Of a stretch of DNA of 32,000 nt, positions 26,938-32,000 are shown in pieces (position 1 is the stretch's first letter; the number at the start of each line of letters is the position of its first letter). Both the position numbers and the translations under genes were made by a program. Source of the stretch: Saccharolobus solfataricus (lineage in GTDB: Archaea > Thermoproteota > Thermoprotei_A > Sulfolobales > Sulfolobaceae); assembly GCF_900079115.1 (NCBI RefSeq), contig NZ_LT549890.1, positions 2,130,001 to 2,162,000 on the forward strand, in the 5' to 3' direction. A model generated the notes under the pieces. It was given only the letters and a program-made list of their open reading frames with translations, did not search any database and was not told the origin of the DNA.

Positions 26938-28425
26938 GTGAGGATTACTGAATTTTACGTTTCCAACTTTAGGAGTCTCAGTGAGGTGAATTTAAAGGAT
27001 CTGGGTGGTTTTAACATAGTCGTTGGTTATAATGGATATGGAAAGACTAATTTGCTTTCATCCATCTTCTTATTTGTCAAAAATTTATCAGCTGGAATAG
27101 AAAAAAGGTCAATAGAGGATAGAAATCAAGAGTTTATATTATTATGGCAAGGTTATGATGTTTCAAAACCTATTATGATAGGAGGAAAAGTAGAATTCTC
27201 TCCTGAAGAATCAAATAAAATTGTAGGTAAAAATCAAAAGATAACACTAGAGATAATAAATAAAATGAGGTATAATAATAAGTTTGTCGAATGGAATTTG
27301 GACACCCTTTATATAAACGGCTCTCCTCCTGGAGAAGATGATTTAAAGGTCGCGAAGAAATTAGCTGAGTATGCATCTCAAGCTATTGAATACGTACCAA
27401 TTTTTGACCAGACTTATTTCGATGAAACGTTAAAGAGAATGACTGAAATGAACAAGTCACCAATTAACTTAAGAAAGTATTGGTACGATTTCGTCAATTT
27501 AGTAGCAGCTACAATACCTGAAGTTAAGGGTATGGAATTTTGGGACGGGAGAAGACTAGTACTTAATGTGTATAATTTACCAATATATATTGACTTAGCA
27601 GCAAGTGGCTTCCAGAGAGTCATACTCATGTTATTTATAATCTGGCTAAGCGGAAATAAGATACTATTAATTGAAGAACCAGAGGTGAATATGCATCCAA
27701 CTCTTCAAGCTAAAATTATGAAATTAATTAAGAATTGGACAGATAATAACATATTACAGTCTTTCCTTACTACACACTCCCCATATATTGTGGAAATGGC
27801 AGCAGATAGCTATGTTGTTATGAGAAGAGTTAATGGAAATTCAACTGCGATAACAGTAAAACCTACACCAGACTTAAGGGGTACCATAAGTTTGTTAAAT
27901 GCTAGTTTAAGTAATATTTTGTTTAGTAGGATCATAATACTCACAAGTGAGTTAGCAGAACCTTCAGTTATAGTGAATTGGTTGAAGAGACTTAATATAA
28001 ATGTAGAAGATAATGGGATATCTATTTATAAAGTGTCCTCAGACTTAGAATTACAGCACTGGCTTAAATTGAAGAACATGTTGAACTTGGACGTAATATT
28101 CCTTGGGTTATGCGATAAGTTAGATATGAGCTTAAAGGATTACTGTGTTCCTTTAAGTCGCGAGGTAGAGAATTTCTATAGTAAACAAGCCCTATTAGAG
28201 GTCTTAAGAAGACTTGGCATATATCCAGATGAAAAAGAAATAAGAGATTTAGGCAAAGAGGAAAACTTACGATGGATTATAAATGTTTTGAGGAAAAGAG
28301 GCATAGAATACGAGAAACTTAGGATGTCAATAGGAGAACTTATAACTGATGTTGACAGTATCGAAATACCTAAAGAAATAGAGATATTAGCGAATAAAAT
28401 TAAATCCCTCCAAGCTACATTATAA
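26938..28425 (+). CDS. OLD/RecF-like ABC-type ATPase with a divergent Toprim-like C-terminal domain
   Basis: 495 aa with a GTG start; a TATA-like TATATTTTA lies about 30 nt upstream. MRITEFYVSNFRSL is followed by Walker A GYNGYGKTN, signature-like ASGFQR, Walker B ILLIEEPEVNMHP and H-loop TTHSPYIV, with no coiled coil. The C-terminal pattern IIILTSELAEP...GISIYKVSS...VIFLGLCDKLD is Toprim-like but not canonical. Confidence 0.7.
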   Translation: MRITEFYVSNFRSLSEVNLKDLGGFNIVVGYNGYGKTNLLSSIFLFVKNLSAGIEKRSIEDRNQEFILLWQGYDVSKPIMIGGKVEFSPEESNKIVGKNQKITLEIINKMRYNNKFVEWNLDTLYINGSPPGEDDLKVAKKLAEYASQAIEYVPIFDQTYFDETLKRMTEMNKSPINLRKYWYDFVNLVAATIPEVKGMEFWDGRRLVLNVYNLPIYIDLAASGFQRVILMLFIIWLSGNKILLIEEPEVNMHPTLQAKIMKLIKNWTDNNILQSFLTTHSPYIVEMAADSYVVMRRVNGNSTAITVKPTPDLRGTISLLNASLSNILFSRIIILTSELAEPSVIVNWLKRLNINVEDNGISIYKVSSDLELQHWLKLKNMLNLDVIFLGLCDKLDMSLKDYCVPLSREVENFYSKQALLEVLRRLGIYPDEKEIRDLGKEENLRWIINVLRKRGIEYEKLRMSIGELITDVDSIEIPKEIEILANKIKSLQATL

Positions 28426-28428
28426 ATT

Positions 28429-28677
28429 ATGGAGCTTAATGTTTTATTTGATATAGGTTTTCTCCTCATATTTATAGGAATTATACTGCTTTTTGTAGGT
28501 ATGATACGGGAAGCGAATAAGTCATCTGATAATGATCAAAAAGCACAAGTTGGTGGCGTAATTTTCATTGGCCCAATACCTATAGTGTTCGGCTCGTCAA
28601 AGGGTATAGCTAAATGGATGATTATAGTTGCAGTGATATTGTTCGTTCTAATTGTAATATTTTACTTCTTAGTATAG
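28429..28677 (+). CDS. Small membrane protein (2-3 TM) with GGVIFIGPIPIVFG motif (DUF131/TIGR00304-like, from memory)
   Basis: 82 aa. It starts 3 nt after the ATPase stop on the same strand. It has two long hydrophobic helices flanking a polar loop and a glycine/proline-rich re-entrant-like segment. Confidence 0.6.
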   Translation: MELNVLFDIGFLLIFIGIILLFVGMIREANKSSDNDQKAQVGGVIFIGPIPIVFGSSKGIAKWMIIVAVILFVLIVIFYFLV

Positions 28678-28698
28678 AATAGTTAGAATGAAAAAATC

Positions 28699-30000
28699 TT
28701 AATCTCTTTTATGCAATACTACGAGTATTGCCACGATTATTATAGTAATTACTATTGAGATTGTAAATGAAAGATTAGGAGCGATTACTTTATATGGTAA
28801 TGATGTATTAGTATAGTTAAACACGTTAGGATAGGTCTCGAATGGACTTATATAAGTGTTGCCAGCAAAACTTAAGCTAAAAGATGGGAGTGTGGTGGAA
28901 TTAATAATCTCAACTACTTCCTCCTTTATTAATGTTCCATTAGGCGTAAAATATAGAACTTGTTGTGCTTGGTTTTGTGAAATGTTATGAACATATTGAT
29001 ACGCAATGAAGGTTCCTATTGGAGTTGAAACTTTACTTTCTCCAACTAATGTGAATACATTACTGTTCCACGTAATGTTTTTTGCTCCTACATTCACTAT
29101 GAAGCTAGTTGGTATGTTTTGAGGTTGATTAATGTATAATACGAAGTTTACTGGCTCTCCTAATAATGAAGCAGGTAATGCTAACTGTTTTCCTGCCCTT
29201 AACTGTATTTGGGTTATCTGTGCAGTTATAGTATTATTGCCAATAACAACTGGATAACTTATTTGTAAATAACCTTCGGGGATAAGAGAGTTTGACAATG
29301 GTGAGTAGTTATACACTGCGTACAAGTATGATCTATTTAAGAAGTTCATATATTGACTGTTTGTTACAGTGGTAAGTGGAATGGTAGAAAGATTTGAGAA
29401 TGATTCTAAGATTAGCTCTAAAGATCCATTCTCTAGTTTGGATATTATGCCATTTTGGAGTATATTTACACTAATCTGTTGACCATTTACATTCCCTGAG
29501 TAATTGTAGGAAGTATAATTAACTCCATTAATCATATTAAACGTCTTACCTTTATAGACTAGCGCTATCGTCTCATTCGGAGATATTATCCCATATGAGG
29601 TATTAAAAATTATACTAGGTTCTATGAAAGGGTAATAAATTGATAAGGGTTGATACAATAAATTTACTTCGTATACTCCTTTTTTAATATAAACAGTGTT
29701 TCCAAGTTTTAAAGTACCGTTAGTGAAGTTGCCACTTATATTGACGTAAACCGTATTTTGAACAAACTTAGTTACTTGATAATATAGCGTATAATTGTAA
29801 ACATGGGTTATTGTCTTATTTGCGACGGTGGTACTATTTATTAGTTTTACAGTATACGTTATGGAAGTAGGTATAGTTGTAGTATTAACGATAGTAGTAT
29901 TGGCTTGAGTAATTATCAATGAACCTAAAATTCCCCATGTAATTATTAGGGCCAAGATTGATATTGTTACTGATCTCATACACAATACACCATAAATCAC
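28699..30000 (-). CDS. Heavily N-glycosylatable extracellular protein with signal peptide and C-terminal TM anchor
   Basis: 433-aa ORF; the likely start is MRSVTISILALII at 29979. It has well over 15 N-x-S/T sequons and beta-rich N/T/Y/V composition. The C-terminal helix ISIVITIIIVAILVV is followed by HKRD. Confidence 0.65.
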   Translation of the reverse strand: MIYGVLCMRSVTISILALIITWGILGSLIITQANTTIVNTTTIPTSITYTVKLINSTTVANKTITHVYNYTLYYQVTKFVQNTVYVNISGNFTNGTLKLGNTVYIKKGVYEVNLLYQPLSIYYPFIEPSIIFNTSYGIISPNETIALVYKGKTFNMINGVNYTSYNYSGNVNGQQISVNILQNGIISKLENGSLELILESFSNLSTIPLTTVTNSQYMNFLNRSYLYAVYNYSPLSNSLIPEGYLQISYPVVIGNNTITAQITQIQLRAGKQLALPASLLGEPVNFVLYINQPQNIPTSFIVNVGAKNITWNSNVFTLVGESKVSTPIGTFIAYQYVHNISQNQAQQVLYFTPNGTLIKEEVVEIINSTTLPSFSLSFAGNTYISPFETYPNVFNYTNTSLPYKVIAPNLSFTISIVITIIIVAILVVLHKRD

Positions 30001-30026
30001 TTAATATTAACTTTTATCATTATTTT

Positions 30027-30452
30027 ATGGATAGGCCTTTAGTAGCTGTAGGTTGCCTTATTGTTGAAGAAAACAAGGTTCTTCTAGTCCAAAGGAAGAA
30101 CCCTCCAAATGCTGGGTTATGGGCGATACCAGGCGGTAAAGTAGAGTACGGGGAAACGTTAGAAGAGGCGTTGAAGAGAGAGATGAGGGAGGAAACTGGA
30201 CTTGAAGTAGCTGTGGGTAACATTATATCTATTGTACAAGTAATAAATGAAGGTTTTCACTACGTGATTCTAGACTTTGAATGCAAACCAATAGGCGGGA
30301 ATCTTCGTGCCTCCACTGATGCCGTAAAAGTAGAATATGTACCTTTTGACAAATTAAATATTATACAAACTACAAAAACTACCTACGACATGCTGAGTAT
30401 GTACTTTAGAGGAGAAAAGCCACCATATTTCATCATTCAAATCTCCAAGTAG
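30027..30452 (+). CDS. NUDIX hydrolase
   Basis: The track ORF opens at 29958, but [13 protein letters not shown] at 30027 is the sensible start. The Nudix box is [26 protein letters not shown]. Confidence 0.85.
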   Translation: MDRPLVAVGCLIVEENKVLLVQRKNPPNAGLWAIPGGKVEYGETLEEALKREMREETGLEVAVGNIISIVQVINEGFHYVILDFECKPIGGNLRASTDAVKVEYVPFDKLNIIQTTKTTYDMLSMYFRGEKPPYFIIQISK

Positions 30453-31845
30453 ATTTATCCTTACTGTCTAATATCCTTACTCCAGCCTTTAGTAATTCTT
30501 CCCTTATCTTATCTGAAATTTCGTATAATTTCATCTGTCTCAATTGATTTCTTATATCTACAACTGCATCTATTATTTTATACATCTTATCATATGTGGG
30601 ATAGAATTCTTCATCCATTACTCCAAATACTTCATTGAATTGTTTAAGGGTTTCGAAGGCTAACATAGCCCCAAGGAAATCTCTACTATATTGTAATGTG
30701 GAGAATACTAATCTTACTATCTCGTGTATATATGATAAGGCTGTAGATGTGTCGAAATCATTACTCATGGCTGTATGGAAGTTATTTAGATTATTAAGTA
30801 TCTCTCTATATACTTTGATATCATCATCTTTAACATAGAACTTAGGTCCCTCAGATATTACATCTCTAATTATTGCCATTGAATCTTTTATTCTCTGTAA
30901 AGCGGATTTTGCTTGCTCTAAGGCTTCCTCAGAAAAGTCTATTGGTGATCTATAATGAGAGGTCAAATACCAATATCTCAAAACCGAGGGTCCCCATTTC
31001 TTTATAGCCTCATTTAATGGTATTATATTACCCAAGGATTTACTCATCTTTTCTTTTCTTATGGTTACAAAAGCGCTATGAACCCAGTATGTAACCCATT
31101 TCTCCCCAATTAATGCCTCAGTCTGAGCTCTTTCATTTTCATGATGCGGAAATATCAAATCAGCTCCTCCTCCATGAATATCAAATCTTTCACCTAGATA
31201 CCTAGTTGACATAGTTGAACATTCGATGTGCCATCCAGGTCTTCCCTTACCCCAAGGTGATTCCCAATAAGGTTCACCCGGCTTCCACGCTTTCCATAAT
31301 GCGAAGTCGTAGGAATGCTTCTTCTCCTTGACGAATTCTTCTCCTTGATTCCATTCTTCTTTTTTAGTGTTTGAAAGTTCCCCATAATTAGGATAAGTAT
31401 CAACATCAAAGTACACACTACCACTAGGCGCTACATATGCATGTCCCTTATCTATCAGTCTCTGTACGAAATCAATGATTTCCCTTATATGCTGTGTTAC
31501 ACGTGGGTGTATATCTATTTTGACTTTAAGTTGAGACAGCATATCTAAGTAATCCTTTGTGAAATAATCAACGATTTCATTCCAATCTTTTCCAATCTCT
31601 TGTGATTTTTTAATTATTTTGTCATCAATGTCTGTAATATTCTGAACTCTAATTACGGTATAGCCTCTTAACCTTAAATATCTTGAAATGGCGTCAAATA
31701 CCACGAAAGTTCTTCCATGACCTATATGAACATAGTCATAAACTGTAGGGCCGCAGACGTACATTTTCACTAGATTCGGCTCTACTGTACCAAATTCCTC
31801 TAGCTTTCTCCCAAGCGAATTGTATACCCTAATTCTAAAATCCAT
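30433..31845 (-). CDS. cysS: Cysteine--tRNA ligase
   Basis: 470 aa. It has the class I HIGH motif (HIGHGRT), KMSKS and the WHIECS zinc/cysteine-binding motif. Confidence 0.95.
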   Translation of the reverse strand: MDFRIRVYNSLGRKLEEFGTVEPNLVKMYVCGPTVYDYVHIGHGRTFVVFDAISRYLRLRGYTVIRVQNITDIDDKIIKKSQEIGKDWNEIVDYFTKDYLDMLSQLKVKIDIHPRVTQHIREIIDFVQRLIDKGHAYVAPSGSVYFDVDTYPNYGELSNTKKEEWNQGEEFVKEKKHSYDFALWKAWKPGEPYWESPWGKGRPGWHIECSTMSTRYLGERFDIHGGGADLIFPHHENERAQTEALIGEKWVTYWVHSAFVTIRKEKMSKSLGNIIPLNEAIKKWGPSVLRYWYLTSHYRSPIDFSEEALEQAKSALQRIKDSMAIIRDVISEGPKFYVKDDDIKVYREILNNLNNFHTAMSNDFDTSTALSYIHEIVRLVFSTLQYSRDFLGAMLAFETLKQFNEVFGVMDEEFYPTYDKMYKIIDAVVDIRNQLRQMKLYEISDKIREELLKAGVRILDSKDKSTWRFE

Positions 31846-31857
31846 TATCTGTTCACA

Positions 31858-32000
31858 CTAGTTTATTTTAAATAAATTTGAAGTTAGTTGCCTAGCTTTG
31901 GGTATGTTATACAGCTTATCTGGTTTCTCGTTAAGTTTTTTAGCCATTTCAAGTGATGTAACTCCGGCTAGTGCAAGTAGACTAGAAATGTTTTTCTCAT
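31858..32000 (-). CDS. C-terminal fragment of an HTH-containing protein (5' end outside window)
   Basis: The minus-strand frame is open from the window edge to TAG (31858-31860). It reads [46 protein letters not shown], which looks like a helix-turn-helix. This feature is not in the ORF track. Confidence 0.35.

Overview
Low-GC, densely packed crenarchaeal chromosome segment. Protein lengths and gene order fit a Sulfolobales genome of the Saccharolobus/Sulfolobus solfataricus-islandicus type; this is recognised from memory and was not searched. The core is the canonical DNA end-resection operon herA-mre11-rad50-nurA (3596-9853, minus strand). Around it are housekeeping and stress genes. Metal-related genes are a Fur-family regulator, a CDF metal exporter and a DtxR/MntR-type regulator. 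Redox and repair genes are a rubrerythrin-like protein, the NAD(P)HX repair enzyme Nnr, a Bcp peroxiredoxin, a family-4 uracil-DNA glycosylase and a NUDIX hydrolase. Metabolic genes are archaeal-type PEP carboxylase, sulfide:quinone oxidoreductase with a DUF1641 partner, the methylmalonyl-CoA mutase B12 subunit with MeaB, a TauE/SafE permease, a DapA-family aldolase, an SDR oxidoreductase and CysRS. I found no rRNA, tRNA or CRISPR array. Non-coding content I can support: one textbook C/D box sRNA and two weaker candidates that share an 11-nt guide segment, a ~120-bp dispersed repeat with inverted termini present twice, a perfect 99-bp tandem duplication inside a gene, and two unusually long gene-free gaps, one holding a decayed DDE transposase fragment. 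The best candidate for an undescribed system is a tightly coupled pair at 26938-28677: an orphan OLD/ABC-type ATPase with a divergent Toprim-like tail and an 82-aa membrane protein. It sits among housekeeping genes, so the defence-module reading is a hypothesis only.
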